Part shown: piece by piece, positions 13,161-26,900 of the stretch
Numbering within the stretch: position 1 is the stretch's first letter
How the letters are laid out: each line of letters begins with the position of its first letter
Assembly: GCA_002633005.1 (NCBI GenBank)
Contig: NMRA01000146.1
Span: 431,981 to 495,980, forward strand
Direction: 5' to 3'
Source: Phoronis australis
Lineage: Eukaryota > Animalia > Phoronida
Length of the DNA: 64,000 nucleotides
Notes under the pieces: generated by a model
The model's input: the letters and a program-made list of their open reading frames with translations, nothing else
Told to the model about the DNA's origin: nothing
The model's database searches: none
Made by a program: the position numbers and the translations under genes

Positions 13161-16100
13161 CAGAGCCTGCAAGTCAGGGAGCAATTTAGCGACGGATACA
13201 GGAGTAGATTTATGTTGATATACATGTATGCCAGATGATTTTGTGTTAGAAACGAATGTGCAAATCCGCCATATTTGATTTTGCCGCCGCCGTTGCATTG
13301 TGGGAAATGTATGCTTCTATCGCTAAGACAAGCGATTGTGTACAGTGTTGCCGGGTGTTGTTGCAACGAATGTTTAGCCCAGAAGCGGTTGATAAAGTTG
13401 TTTTATTTGAATTCTTATAAAAATTAGTTTTAAACGAATAACTAGTGCAGGAAACATGCAACTGTATTTTATTATAGAAATGTTTTGGAAATGAATTAAG
13501 TCAAAGTTGCCGCACCCCATCTCCGTCGACTGTGACTCCGAGGCCCAGTCTGCAACCTCCGACAGGTTCATACTCATACTCGAGATTTCATAGTCAAAAT
13601 TGCCGGTGCTCACTGGAGTCATACTCAAAAAAGCGTATTTAATGTCGCATTTTGAGTAGACTGCAAACGTAATCAAATCTGAGAATCGTACTCGACTTCA
13701 GTTATGATGTGAAATGCAAAATCATGAAAAGTCGCGCTGATTCAGCGCTCCCTCTATTTGCATCGAGACTAGCAACTATATTATCGTCAGCTCTCGCTAC
13801 AATGACAGGAGTATAACGTGGAATGCTGAGTGTTCTGTAACTGTTATTCACTGCCTCATTTACTCCTAAAAATAGCATTGTCACAACAACGATTGACGGC
13901 ATATTGAAATTTTCTTTTTCATTAATGCAGTGGTGGGCCGGTGACTGCGGTGCGGGAGTCGGCCGGTTACCATATCACAGGTCTGCAACCAACATTTTTG
14001 AGGGAGAGTTCTAATTGAACATTTTCTTTGACGGCGGGAGGTCGAATTTCAAAAGTTTGTACCTTAATTGCCAGCGGTGGTCGGTGTTAAGAGCCCGAAA
14101 CTTCAGTAAACAATGTTTTTGGGTGGCAGTTGTTTGGTTACTGGTCAACCCCTGTTCTCAGTGATGCGTAGAACCCATTGCCTTGTAGGCCTACGTTGAT
14201 GTCAAAACTTTGATACTGTATCTTTGCGTTTTATTGGGATGTATCAGGTTTGTTGACGTTTAGCGCGTGAGTTAAAAAACTACACGTAGTACACTATAGG
14301 CAGGAATTCAGAGTTGATCAGTGAACGGGACGGCAAACAAAATCTTGAATATCATTAGGGGATTGAAGAATTATCGATGACTAAACTGTTATGTGAAATC
14401 TGACAGGGAAGCAAATTGGTTTTTTTTAAACTTTCCTCGTCTTTAGGACTAACTTATATTTAAGTTGCCTAGTCGGACAAGTAGAAATGAAAAGTACTTG
14501 TCTTGACCTATATGACACTTGTCCGCTGGTAATTAAACTCAAATTATACTTTTTAAACATATATGAATGTCGCACATTATACCTGTTACCACAAGCTCAA
14601 TAAACATATGTAAGAGCATACATTACACAACTTTCAAATTTCGCAAAAGTTTATTGGAGTGGGATTTGGATTTCATCAGTGAACACGCCCCAAGTTTCCA
14701 TGTTTTTTACAAGCTGCCCAGTGAGCCGTCGACTTTCCCAATGGACACTTAAACAACCATGCACGTGCTAATGATTGACAGGTCTTCTTACTGAATACTT
14801 TGAACTTGGACAACCAAACACATGCTACCGATTGACAGGTCTTCTTATTGAATACTTTGAACTGTGTAACATTTTATATACATTGTATACAGTATTTCAT
14901 TTTGAATTCAAAGCCGACACCGCACGTGCCCGGCAATCGGGGGATACCACTTTTAGGCAATAGGGGTGCTCACTCAGGTGCCAAAATAATGAAGCAAAAA
15001 TACATCTTGTAAAAAGTCATCAGGCAAATCAAAAGTTCAAAAAAAAAACAGTTTTTATCAACGTGGAGCGTGGACAGAATGTTTGACTTGGGCTAAAATT
15101 GATTTTTTGCGCTTTTGACTTTGGTTGGGCGCTTCCATTTTGGTGTCAGGAGTGAAGTTATTTAATTAAATTTAACTTGTTAAATGCATTTATCGTCATT
15201 ATTTTGACACTTGTCTCTTTATTTTGAGACCAGTCCTTAGGGTTTATTTTGCATTACTCATCTCTATTTATAGCCTCTAGGGCCTACTTTTGTATTCATA
15301 CGTTTCTCTACGGGACTCCTGATTGGTCGCCCATATTTCCTTTGTTCTGTTCAACGTGGTCTCTCATTCAGCCACCTACCTCGTCATCTACAAGACCTAC
15401 GTTCGTTCTCTTCATTTTTTCCCCACCCCCCATCCCGGGTGTCGGTTCCACTTTCTCTTTGCTCGTATACATTTCCTGTTAGTTTTTTTTTTTTTCAAGT
15501 TTTGTTTTCATGTTCTGTACTTTTCCTTTAAGCCCTTCAGGCAGTTTTTTTGTTTTGTTCCCTCTTGCAGGGCTATTCATTGTACACGCCTGTGGGCGTT
15601 TTTTGCATGCCCATCTTGCAGAGTCTTAGTTAGTTTTATCTATTACGTCATAATAAATGACAATATTCGCAATCCTCCTCTTGTTTTACTCTGCAACATA
15701 GCTCGTGGCGTACCCCGGGCAAAATAGATTACGATAAAAACATGTGTTTACCAAGACGGGTACACCGACGCAAGTTGGCTTGGAGTCACAGTGGACCACG
15801 TCTTTTTTATTTCAATGCACATGGTAGTTATGTTTCGTGTACTGTCACGGGGAATCACAGAAACGTTCGCCACGGACGTGATATCCTTGTCAAGCCTGTG
15901 TCTCCTTCAATAAAGGACATGAGAATACGTATTTTACCGCTATAGTAAGGCAATGTCCCGGTTTCACTAAAACTGGCGTGAGTTCAAAACGCTTGAAACT
16001 ACGCTAGGACCTAGCTAAAATCAAAACTTTGCCAGATTACGTGAGATACTGCCGTGTATTTGGCTAGACCTATTCGAATACAAATGCCTTGGATCGCGTC

Positions 16101-18029
16101 CAGTCATGGGCTCCTGCATTATCTAAACAACACTTTGCCGATTTGCCATGCATCGCATATTACCGATACTGATGACTAAACAAGTGAGTTATCACTGCCG
16201 CTTCGAAGAAGTTCTGATCGTCCAAATTTACTATAAAAATTTAACTTGTTCTGTCGGACAAGCTGCTCGGCCGTGAGCTTGTCCAGACCAACAAATTGCT
16301 GTCCCGGGAAGTCGGACTACCGTTAATGTCGAACAAACCGTTGCACACGCACTTCAATCACGGCCATCCCCACCCCACAGCTGATTTTGACCCTTGTAAT
16401 GACTCGTCAACATGGGATTAACATTCGCCAGTAAGAAGGACTTTAAAACTTGGCGGCAATGAAGTGCGGTGAGTTTGAGTATGATTCGATTCTTATCACG
16501 GAGATTGGATACCAGGGCCAGGTAAACCAGTATAAACATATGTCTTGGATTGTACAAACTTTTAAAATTATAATTTTTATAAGATACTGATAATTTGTAA
16601 CATTGAAAACGGCAGCTAAATATAATAACTTCTTCTGTATACAGGAACTCTCACGCTGCTGCTAGACATACATGTACATACTATCCCAGAATGCAATAGA
16701 GAGGAACTGGTGTGGGGCATGCGCATTGAGATTTGCACATTCGCTATTGAAAATCAAAGGAGACAAATGTAGAGTTCACCTTAAACACGATTGTAAAATC
16801 TCTGCGAATTCCTCGAGCTTGCCTCTATAGTTCATGTTGTACACGAGTGAATATCAAGATGAAGTTGGTCTGTTTCATATTGGGAGCCTTTGCCCGCTTG
16901 CATGTAACAGTCCCAAACAGTTATTTTTTAGAAAAAGATATAAAATGCAAGTCAAACGTGAGCTCATAATAAAGATAAAATGATAGAAAAATATTGGAGT
17001 TTTCTAAGTATAGAACAGCGAAAATATGCAAAAACTTTCGGGAACTTAGGAGAGTTCCTATTACGGAATATTTCATGCAACTGGTTTATTCGAAACATTC
17101 TATTTGCACAGTTTCTATTACTATGGGTGGTTCAGTTAACAAACAGAATTATTTAATGAGCTCATTTAATGCGGAGATTCTGTTAGTCATGCTGAAAAAG
17201 TAATACCACGTGACTTATAAGGTCCAGTAAACCGAAAATTAGCTTAGACCAATTCATTGTCTCATTAACAAACATTGCCAGTACGTGAACATTGACTTAT
17301 TTTTATCTTTTCACGTGAAATGGCTCTGTTTTATACGAACAATACGTTTACGTTTTTACATCCGCTAGTTAGTTGGAAAGAATAGATTAAGGGGCCTTTT
17401 AAGAATGGCAGCAGGGTTGATTCGTGCAGGAGACGCAGAGAGTATCTGAGGAGAATAAATATACGTACACAAGAGAAATTTACTTGCACGAAAGAAGAAA
17501 TTTCAACCTGAAACCATTTAATACATAACACAGTTTAAAATCATAGTTTGAAATAGTATCAAATACGCGACATTAGGACAATTTTCAACAAAATGTGGAA
17601 AAAACGATCGGAGAGATTTCACAAATTGGTCCACGCATGCAGGATTTTCTCAAACTAATTAGCTTGCATTGTCCACATCTCTGCAATCTGACTTGCAGAA
17701 TCACTAAAGACAATAAGTGATATCAACTTGCAGTTATTGAAAAACATCTTTAAATTTGTCTAACCGCGTCCCGTGAAAAACGATGCAAACTCTTCCTAGC
17801 GATGTTATTTGTTGTATCCTTTTGTAACAATTTCGCATCTTCATGTATCCTTAATTTTGGCGTGAGCAGTATACGTACTGTACTTAGTCTCGGCATGAGA
17901 ACTTGCTGTTTCCAACCAAAAGTACACCAGTGTTCATTACGAATATTTAAAGACATATAGGACAACGTTTAAGGGACGGACACGTGCACAATGGACAATG
18001 CTTTTATCCCAACCATCACGTTTGCTCCG

Positions 18030-18265
18030 TACAGTATCATCTCAAGTGTGCTCCCAACTATACAGTGATATCTGAAGTACGCCCCTACAGTAATATGCGA
18101 ACTATGGACCATACAGCGACATCGGAAGTACGCTCCCTACAGTGATACCTGATTAGTGCTACCTACAGTTTACAATTACGTCTGAAATACACATGTATGC
18201 TCTCTGCAGTGACATCTGAAGTATGCTCCCTTCAGCGACATCTGAAACATGATCCCGATAGTGGT
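18030..18265. repeat. 26-bp minisatellite (consensus about CTACAGTGATATCTGAAGTACGCTCC) downstream of exon E1
   Basis: About 9 degenerate tandem units; more units at 18720-18810. Confidence 0.85.
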
Positions 18266-18360
18266 ATTTTTTGCCTTTGCTCTTTCTCGTGGGATCAGTG
18301 TTAAAATCTCAACATGTGTCGTCACTGCACAAAAGTATAGTTCTATAAAACACTACTCAC

Positions 18361-18690
18361 AGATTACATGTACGGTTGTGGTAATATGTCTAGTAACAGT
18401 CTGTTGAGTCAAATCATTCAGTGCTGTGCAGCTAAGCCTCGTCCCATCCATGCTCCGGTCGACCAATAAAACCGAAGAGTAGTTTGTAGAGCCGTTGTAT
18501 GTAAACACCTCTCTTTTTGCTGCGTAGGAAGTGATCAACTCAGACGACCAAACCACCGAAGCAGTAGGATACACATGATCAGTAATGCAACTAATGCTAC
18601 TGTTCTCAGCAATCGGGACAGTGTCTGCACTATCGTCAACGTAAGTGGGAAGTGGGCTTAAAATTTTAAAGATCAGCTTTGTAGGTCCGT
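18361..18690 (-). CDS. Ig exon E1 (type E), 110 codons
   Basis: Acceptor aattccag|ACGGA, donor ATCT|GTGAGT, 330 nt open frame. ISCITDHVYPTASVVW...LSCTALN. Confidence 0.88.
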
Positions 18691-18894
18691 CTGGAATTAA
18701 AAAAACAAATGTTGGATGCATTGATATCCGAAGTATGTTCCGTACAGTGACATCTAATGTATGCTCTCAACAGCGAGTATTGTTCCTACATGGACATCTG
18801 AAATATAAGACATGACACAAATAAGCAACCCTAAAAGCACACCATTTGCGATATATTCGTCGGCGCATTTCAACGCTACGCGTTGCTCTTGTTA

Positions 18895-19140
18895 TAGGTT
18901 GACCAGCCCGGATGGGTCTGTCTATATAAATATAACTGGACCCGTCGTGATGGGTCCAGTTATATACATGTATAGGTTGACCCGCCGGGATGGTTCAGTC
19001 TAAATAAATAAAACTGGACCCATCACGACGCGTCTAGTTATATTAATATAACTAGACCCATCCCGAGGTATCAAGATATTAAATAAAACTAGACCCCCTC
19101 AAGACGGGTCCAGTTATATATATATAGATAGACCCATTCC
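18895..19140. repeat. Tandem array of palindromic ~40-bp units
   Basis: Repeated ACTGGACCCRTC-x-GAYGGGTCCAGT hairpins separated by AT-rich spacers, about 6 units. Confidence 0.75.
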
Positions 19141-19319
19141 GAATTTGGTGTACCCAGTTACAATCAGAGATTTCGCTGATCAACATTTACTGACAGGTGT
19201 GCCCACCTATAATTATAATTTATTGTGTAAACACGTATATTTATGTGGGTGTCCCCATTTTTGTCCATGAAAAGCAAACTTTTATTAGATAAGAAAAGTT
19301 CAAATTAAATGAGAAGCTG

Positions 19320-19414
19320 TTTACTGCTCTTAGCAATCGACAATGTGTCCGCACTATCGAGAATGTACGTATGAATTGGACTAAAAATCACAAAGCTCAG
19401 TTTTGTAGGTCCGA
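19320..19414 (-). pseudogene. 5' fragment of a type-E Ig exon
   Basis: Intact acceptor ttattttcag|TCGGA, then GPTKLSFVIFSPIHTYILDSADTLSIAKSS; homology stops before the first Cys. Upstream intron resembles that of E2 and E3. Confidence 0.78.
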
Positions 19415-19868
19415 CTGAAAATAAGAAAAAAAAATGTTGCACGCGTCAGAACTAAAGTAAAAGGTTACGAATTGTAATGAGGTACAATCAGAAACATACA
19501 TATCTGATCGTGAAAGAAGTCAGAGAAAATCGAGTTATGTCTTTACTCTCATCAAATCCTTTGTTGATAGCCCTTATCGTGGTGGGATGCTCTTACAAAT
19601 TGGAACATCGCTACCATTAACAACACCAGTTAATGTTTCAGAAGTTATTGGAGTTGATCAATTCTAAACCATTGGCTGTGGCTTGTCTCTGTCTCTCTTT
19701 GTCTCTTTTTCCATCTCCCGCTACCTCCCCCCCCCTCTCTTCTACTTGCTTTTCCTTGTCTCAATTGAGGGCATTGATCCAAAGATGCCCTCAAGACTTG
19801 TTGCTTCTTAAAGCAAGATTTCTCTAAGTTGGGTAATAATATAGAGTGTGCTCATGCATAAGACTTGC

Positions 19869-20035
19869 CAGTTACGTGAATTGTAACCGAAGAGTTAGCG
19901 AACAGGTATTGTATTGTTGGAAGCCAAGCAGATGATCGTGACACAGTTGTAGTTGTTTGTAATGTTTAGCGTCACCTCAGATCTAAAGATTCCCCTGCCT
20001 CTTTCTTCAGTATCGACTGTGGTAACGAAGGGATG
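19869..20035 (-). pseudogene. 3' half of a type-C Ig pseudo-exon
   Basis: Translates as ERGRGIFRSEVTLNITNNYNCVTIICLASN, close to C3. It has frameshifts, the donor reads GCAAGT, and the 5' half is missing. Confidence 0.75.
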
Positions 20036-21579
20036 GTTCTAAAAAAAATCGACCACTACACCCCACGACCCCCTAGACTCACGGCCAACATCCCTCACTA
20101 TACGACTCATAATCCGCTCGACCCACGACATGTCCCAATAGATGTACATGTATCTTTACGTTGTTGCACATTTCGTAATGGTATTACGTCGCCGAATGAC
20201 TTCCCCATGAGACTTACCTACACGCGAATCCGCTCTGGCTGAAGACAGGTGGTTAAAAACAAAAATTAAGTGGTATCAGAACATTGATTTGACCAAAATA
20301 GCGAATTGTGAGCGTGCTATCGTTGTCACGGAAACAGTTTCACGAGCGGCTAACTAAAGTTAGGGAGAGTACGTTAACGTGAATGGACGTATTTCCACAG
20401 TTTCATCATTTACTCGTTTACTTCATGTAACGCTGATATACTTTTTAGTTCACAGTTTGTTTTATAATCTGTATTTACTGAAAAAATTAGATATTCGTCG
20501 GTACCTCGCACTCCCTCAAAAAAGCTTGAATCTGCAACTAACTGAAGAGCAGACGAGACGATTACACTGAGAGGTCCTTATTTGATTTGATTTGGTAGCG
20601 TTATTTTTTCTGTTTTTGGCTTTCAAATTAGCCGAACCGACTATCTTGATTGCAAAAAACAGGGACAGGCGAGCGAAGCTCACGGTCAGACTCGTTGGTC
20701 CTGCAAATCAGCTGACGTTCTATATTCAGATCAAGTCACGCTTGAGTAGATTACGTCGAGGGGTTGTGGGCCGTGGGTCGAAGGGGTCCTTAGATTGGTT
20801 CTAAAATTCGCCCTCTGCAGGGCAAAATGTTTTGTTTTAAAATCGAGGTCCCCTAGCGCAATGGTTATCGTGTAGCCGAAGTCATCTATTTTGTTGACAC
20901 GTGACGACACAAAATCATTTTCTCCTGTCTGGCAATCTGATGCACATGTTAACGTAAGTAATGCGTGAAAATTGATCGATTCATCGATGATTTTGAGATG
21001 TAGGCTAGAAGCTAAACTTAAAACAAATGTTCGATGCATTAGTGAACTTAAATGAAGACTGAAATTGGTAAGCATATTTTTTTCCGATCCCAACTGCAAA
21101 CTTCACGAAATCAGTTGTTGAGCCTCTAATACAATGCCATCATCGTAAAAATTGACGTAGGCTTGTGAAATTCTGTCAGTTGTACATGTATACGAGAGGG
21201 GGGCCGAGTAGCCACCTTAAAAGCGAGTCTGCAATAAAGGGAAATGTCTCCAAACTACATGTTGACCATAATGGAATGAAAGTTGACATTAGACTCTCGG
21301 TTTTTGTGATTTTCACTCAATTTAATTTCAAGGTAATGCAAGTTCTCTTGATTTTGCTGCCAGCAGCAATAGGTCCTAACACGAATGCGCAACCAATTGA
21401 ACAGTCCGAAGCAATATTCCAGTCAGCACGGGAGGGTGTGTCATTGGCGCTGGCCAGTGGCGGTGGGGTTGGCGAAAACGATGGCTATAGGGGAATCTCA
21501 CATTTTGGACATATTTGGGGTTTACGACCTAACAGTAGGGTCTCTCGCATTACGGGCTCTCTTAGAGTACTGAGTACTC

Positions 21580-21898
21580 GGTACAAGCTTACGGTGAGGC
21601 GTCTTACACGAGTCCGTCCTCTAAAGTTATTTACAGCTGTACAGATTAGTGTTGACCCATGCATTATCCAGTCAACTGATAGGACAGAAGAGATTCGAGC
21701 TGTTGTATGTGGTTAAGTCTCTTGTCGTGTAGGAAGTAATAGAGTTCGACGACGACCAACTAACTAAAGCATCCGAATACACATGGCCGGTTATGCAGCT
21801 GATGTTATGGTTCTCAACAATCGAGACTGTGTAATCCCCATCGTCAAGGTAGGTGAGAAATGGTTCCAAGATTGCAAATATCAGTTTGGTTGGACCGG
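21580..21898 (-). pseudogene. Type-E Ig pseudo-exon
   Basis: Full-length homology to the E exons (GPTKLIF...ISCITGHVY...W...LICTAVNN). The acceptor reads ttccg instead of ttcag, there is a frameshift near 21690, and the donor GT is lost. Confidence 0.8.
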
Positions 21899-22167
21899 CG
21901 GAAATTTAGAATACGTTGAAATATTGGGAGGGGACTTTACAATTCATGTTCGATTTTATGCACCTATAGTCAGGCTTGCTTAATGTGGTCTTGATCATTT
22001 TCAAATGTTACAAGCTAAAAAAGAATGCAAAATTAATGCCCAGTAAGATTCATGAGACTATTGTTATGTAAAGCAAAGAAAGCGTTTCTCTATATTTGAG
22101 GCATTTGAAGTCTTTATTCATAGTTTGCATTGGCCCGTTGAAGTGTTGCAACGTGCCCTACACTGTA

Positions 22168-23591
22168 CCGGGGTTTTCCGTAGAAAAGCCGCTGAGCGTG
22201 TATTCGGAAAATGAAAATTTTCAGGCTTTTTAGTGACACCAATAAACGCCCGGGCGTTTATTCGGAAAAAGGGGCTGGTAAATGGAAAGTCATAACTTTG
22301 GTTACGTAACTACCAGCATGAAGCGAGATATGTATTTTTGTAAGTGAAACAGCCCTTCTGGGTGGATTGGTAGTTCTTAAAAGTACTGTTCTGAATACTT
22401 TAATACCTGTTAACAACGTCAATTGTTCCAATATCTGCGCAGCTGGACAAGAAAATTAATATTCATGACACTTCTAGACCTCCTTGAAGCAAACATGATC
22501 GCACCCAAGGTCGCTTGAATACTGAGTGTTGTAATAAATTAACACGTTTGAGCCAACTCTCTCGAAGGGGAGGGGGGCTCAGATATCAGCAGAATAGTGT
22601 TCCCTGCCCAATTTTCCGAACAGAAGGTTCACAGCCTAGACCCCGAACTTTCTGGCTCCTGTGCTTTGCCCAATTCCCCGAGGAAACATGTTGGTCCCCC
22701 TTATGGTATCCTAGATCCGCCACTGCATACAGACAGTAATGATGAGGCGAGGTCCTTATTTCAACACTGACAAATCTGTTTTGCTTATGAACGCACACCT
22801 GGGCCACTGGACAGAAACTGGATCCGCAGAGTTTCAAAAACTGAATATTGGCTTAAAGATAATTCCAGCCAGAATGACCGGTTTCCTTCAGCCACTTGAT
22901 GTTTCTGTTAACACTCTGTTCAAAGCTAAAGGTCTCGAGATCAGTATCAGTATTGGCTTGAAACGGCGAGAAAGAATATACCCCGAGAGGGTATCGCCGC
23001 CGCCCCGCTCAATGAGAATTTGTATCTTCAGCCATGCGGCAAGTCCCGCAAGACATCATTATCAAAGCGTTTGAATGTTACAGCATAGCTGCTGATGAGC
23101 AAATGGTCTCTACCTTATTCATGAACGCCCGGATTCGCGAACACATGGGGTATAACGCGGATATCCAAGAGATGGGCGCAAGTCACTGGATCTTTTCATC
23201 GACTCGTAGATGGAATGAGTCACTCGGAGGACGAGCTAGTTGAAAATAATGATATGAACTGAATACACGCAGATTTAGAGGTTTCCTGACTGGTTTTTTA
23301 CTTAAAAGTGTTTTTTGAATTTTTTATGTTAATAAACATATAGTTAAAAATATAATATAAATAAAATAATAATATAGTTTGGCAACACTTTGTTCGATTT
23401 TATAAATGATAAATGCTCCAAAATAGCTGAATTTGTGGCTAAGTTGACGCTAAGTAAGCTTTTAAGAGAAAATAAACACCCCACTTTCTGAACACTTGAC
23501 ACGGGAACTTGCAACACCAAATAAACGCCCATTTCCGAATAAAGGCACATGGGCTATTCATCGTGTGTGCCTATTTATGGAAAATCCCGAG
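22168..23591 (+). mobile_element. Decayed pogo/Tc1-mariner DNA transposon with DDE_1 transposase remnant
   Basis: LLMNAHLGH...IIPARMTGFLQPLDVSVNTLFK at 22739-22930 is the pogo/Tigger QPLD motif. Imperfect TIRs CCGGGTTTTCCGTA / TATGGAAAATCCCGAG are flanked by TA. A nested CAGTGGCGG MITE lies at about 22570-22726. Confidence 0.75.
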
Positions 23592-23609
23592 TACTAAATG
23601 CATTCTTAC

Positions 23610-23942
23610 CGGCTACGAGAAGTGTAATAGACGAGTTAGCGGAGAGGTACTTTTGTCTTTCGTCGAAAGCTGTGCATGTAATGATGACACCATGGTTATC
23701 CTTCGTAATGTTTAGCTTCACCGTTGTCTCATAATTTTCACTGCTCAATTCAACAACTGAAGAATGCGGTAGTATAGACTTTTGGCCTGTCCTGGGATTG
23801 GACATTGACAAAGTCATATCCACGGGGTCATAGCAGCAAGTGGCACATATTATCTCAAGAGATGTGCCGAGCGTTGCGACGAGAGAACGGTTGGTTAACT
23901 TTCTACCTCCCCTTTGCTTTAATGAAGGCACGCTGGGTCCTT
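23610..23942 (-). CDS. Ig exon C2 (type C), 111 codons
   Basis: Acceptor attacag|AAGGA, donor GCCG|GTAAGA, 333 nt. GGR...LEIICAT...LNITKDNHGVIITCTA. Confidence 0.87.
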
Positions 23943-26900
23943 CTGTAATTAAGATCACATCCAAAACAAGGTTGCAAGATGGTCGTACAGAGACAGATAT
24001 ATTAGCGGCTCCTGCTATAATTGTTCCGTTTGTACATGTATAATAAAGATAAGGACAAGCATTTACTAGGCTCGCGCTAGCCGTTCACCAGTTCGCCATT
24101 GGCAATTTCTGAGCGGAACTGGCTATGGTAGATTTAAGTCCATTCGTCAACTTGTCGAATGCTTTTTTGCTTGACAATAAGAATTTATTTCGGGAAACCT
24201 ACTCGCGTGCCGACTCACAGTTAGCTCGAATCAAGTCGCGCTTCAAACTATATTGTTACTTCGATTCCCAGGCTTAAAATAGCAAGCAAATGTTCTATTT
24301 CGTGTTCGTCACTCTCCTGTTAATTTCGTATTGGTCAGGACTATTTCGGCGGCGGCCGAAAGAAAGAAAGCAATGAATTTTACATTCATTATTCTACACG
24401 AGCTTTATTTCGCAAGTCACAAATTATGCTAATGTTTTGGACCTAAATGTCTTGCTTATCAAAATGCTTACGAGGCCGGTGTATTCCCGCCGTAACCTAG
24501 GAAAAGGGGGAATCCCTGCCCAAATTTTTATGTCGAAATAAATGAAATGCGTAACCCGGGGATAGGGGTAACCTACATGTATATCCATTTTGGGTGAGCA
24601 TAAATGAGTTGCCCATGTGGCCGGCGTACTCCCGCTGTAACCCGGGGATAGGGGGAATCTCTGCCCATTTTGGTCAACATCGTGTCCACGCATACCCCTG
24701 CCGTAACCAGGCATAGGGGGGAAGTGCTTGACTAATGATTTTTGAAAATACCTAAAATATTTCAGAGGCTTAAGCCATTTTGGCTATTGCCTTTTAAAAT
24801 AGAGCATAGATTTTATTGGAAGCCGTGTGATGTGCACCCAAGGTATCATACCCATGAGACCTGTATCGTTGTATTCAGGAAAGACGTAGGAAAACAATCA
24901 AGGCGTCAAATAGGCGGGAACCATGCAATCAGCTTACATCCGCTGATTCGTTCTCGCAAGTTAGAAAAACTGCGACCTGCATAGCACATCATCTGCCATG
25001 GGTAACAATTCATATAAGCGGGAAATCCCTTCCTGATATAACGTATCTTCAATCACAACAATATTTTATCAACTGCTGCCACCTGGAGTTTCCCGTGATG
25101 TACATGTACATGCATCACCAAAAATTTTATCAATAAATGAATCGGTGCGTTGTTCATCAAGTGTCTTCGTATCTAGGACGGAAAGATGAGGCGATCACAA
25201 AGTCTATAAAGCGTACGTTTGCGACAGCTGAAAAAAAATCTATAACAACCCCTTAAAACGTTCGTCGTCTTCTCATTATGGCCCATTCACACGTATCATG
25301 CTGATCCCTGTCGTAGAACTCGGGCTCGTTTAAAGCCAGTGTACCTCAGTCCGAAATAATAGTCGCCAAAATTGCCCAAGATTTCGCACGCATCAACTTG
25401 TTCCTATTGCTTTGAATAATCAACAGCATCTACGATTATACGTTGAATATGAAGTTTTACACAAGTGGTGATTTAAACAGGTGATCAGTGGCATTTTACT
25501 GAAAAGGAAACCAAACAATTCTGTTCCATATTCAAATAAAAATAGTCGATTAATTTGCAAATTTACAGCAATTCGTGTGACTTCATAATGTGTTGTTATT
25601 GAAGTGAATTCTGGGAAGGGTGTGACCTGTTGAACATTCTGTGACATCACTGAAAACTCGGGTCACCTGATGTCATCTTACCTTTGACGAGAGTGTAGTG
25701 ACCATTCTAACAAAACTTTGAGGCACAAGAAATATACAAACGTGCACAAAGGTTGGATCTCTTGCGTCTATCTAAGCCTTCAATGGGTATGAAAACAACT
25801 GACTTCGCTGCCGCACTCCGTATTTGAAACATCTGTTTGTCACTTTTTATGAACATACATGTAAAACGTCTTGGTCAATAGTAACCGGCTGAAACAGTAA
25901 TTGGAACGTCATTCATAGAAACACAGTCGTCGTTGTATTTGGAATACTTTAACGCCATCTTTCCAAATTACAACAAAATCTTCAGTGATCAAATGACGCT
26001 AACTAGCATTCTCTTAATTTGAATGTGCAAAAATTTTAAAAAAGCTTCAAGACTTCTTTTTTACAGTACTTTCCAGATAAAGTTTAACCTACATGTACAA
26101 CTTCATGAGCAATGGCGGCGCCATCAGCATATTCAAGTTTTAAGTTGATATTGTGCAGGAAGTCACTCCTTTTTAATTTCCCACGAGAATACCATGCATT
26201 TCATTTTGGTCCTAAACACAGCAGTTCCTATTTTAAATGTGTGTGATCGACACAAACAACAGCACACCAGGCAGAAGTAAGGTCTAAGCTATTGATGTGC
26301 GCAAAACATACCAAACAATGAGTGACAGGCAAAACTAACACAACAAAAATGAATATCATCGCCGGCTGGTTCTAAAACCTGCACATCTTTAGACCCACGA
26401 ACGCCTCGACCCACAAGCCCCTTTATCCTGGACCTGCGACCCCTCAAGCCATAACGTACATGACCCAAACCCGGTTCGGCTCTGTCAGAGTATCGACTCA
26501 CAGTCGGCTTTGCTGGGTCTGTACAACTGCACAAACTGGTACAACCAGCAACAGACAGCCACACGTTTTAAAACGCGCCTTATACAAGGCGTATAATAAA
26601 CAAACCATGAACAACGAACCTTTTCTGAGAGACAAAGCAGACGGAACTCCAAGCACCAAAAACAGGCCGATTCTCCTTTCGTCCCATACCAGGAAAGGAA
26701 CGCCGACGATGGACAGGAACCACGAAGTATTTTTCAGTTTGGCGGATCAGAGCGTGACTACAGCTGGCCAGGAAAGTTGGCACGGGAGCTGCAGCTGATG
26801 ACAAATCTTAAATTTTAGTAAATCTTAAAGTAAAAGTTAAATTTGTCTCAAAACCAATTCAGGAAAGAGATTATTAAGTTTGACGTAAATGTTTGACATA

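Noticed and set aside
13161-16335. Patchwork of DNA-transposon-like ends (CAG... termini, GTCGGACAAG repeats) after the gypsy RNase H
   Set aside because: Boundaries and TSDs could not be assigned by eye.
18030-18265. 26-bp repeats as a CRISPR array
   Set aside because: The units are directly adjacent and degenerate with no unique spacers, there are no cas genes, and the context is eukaryotic.
21165-21716. 183-aa plus-strand ORF
   Set aside because: No recognisable motif; partly antisense to the psiE exon.
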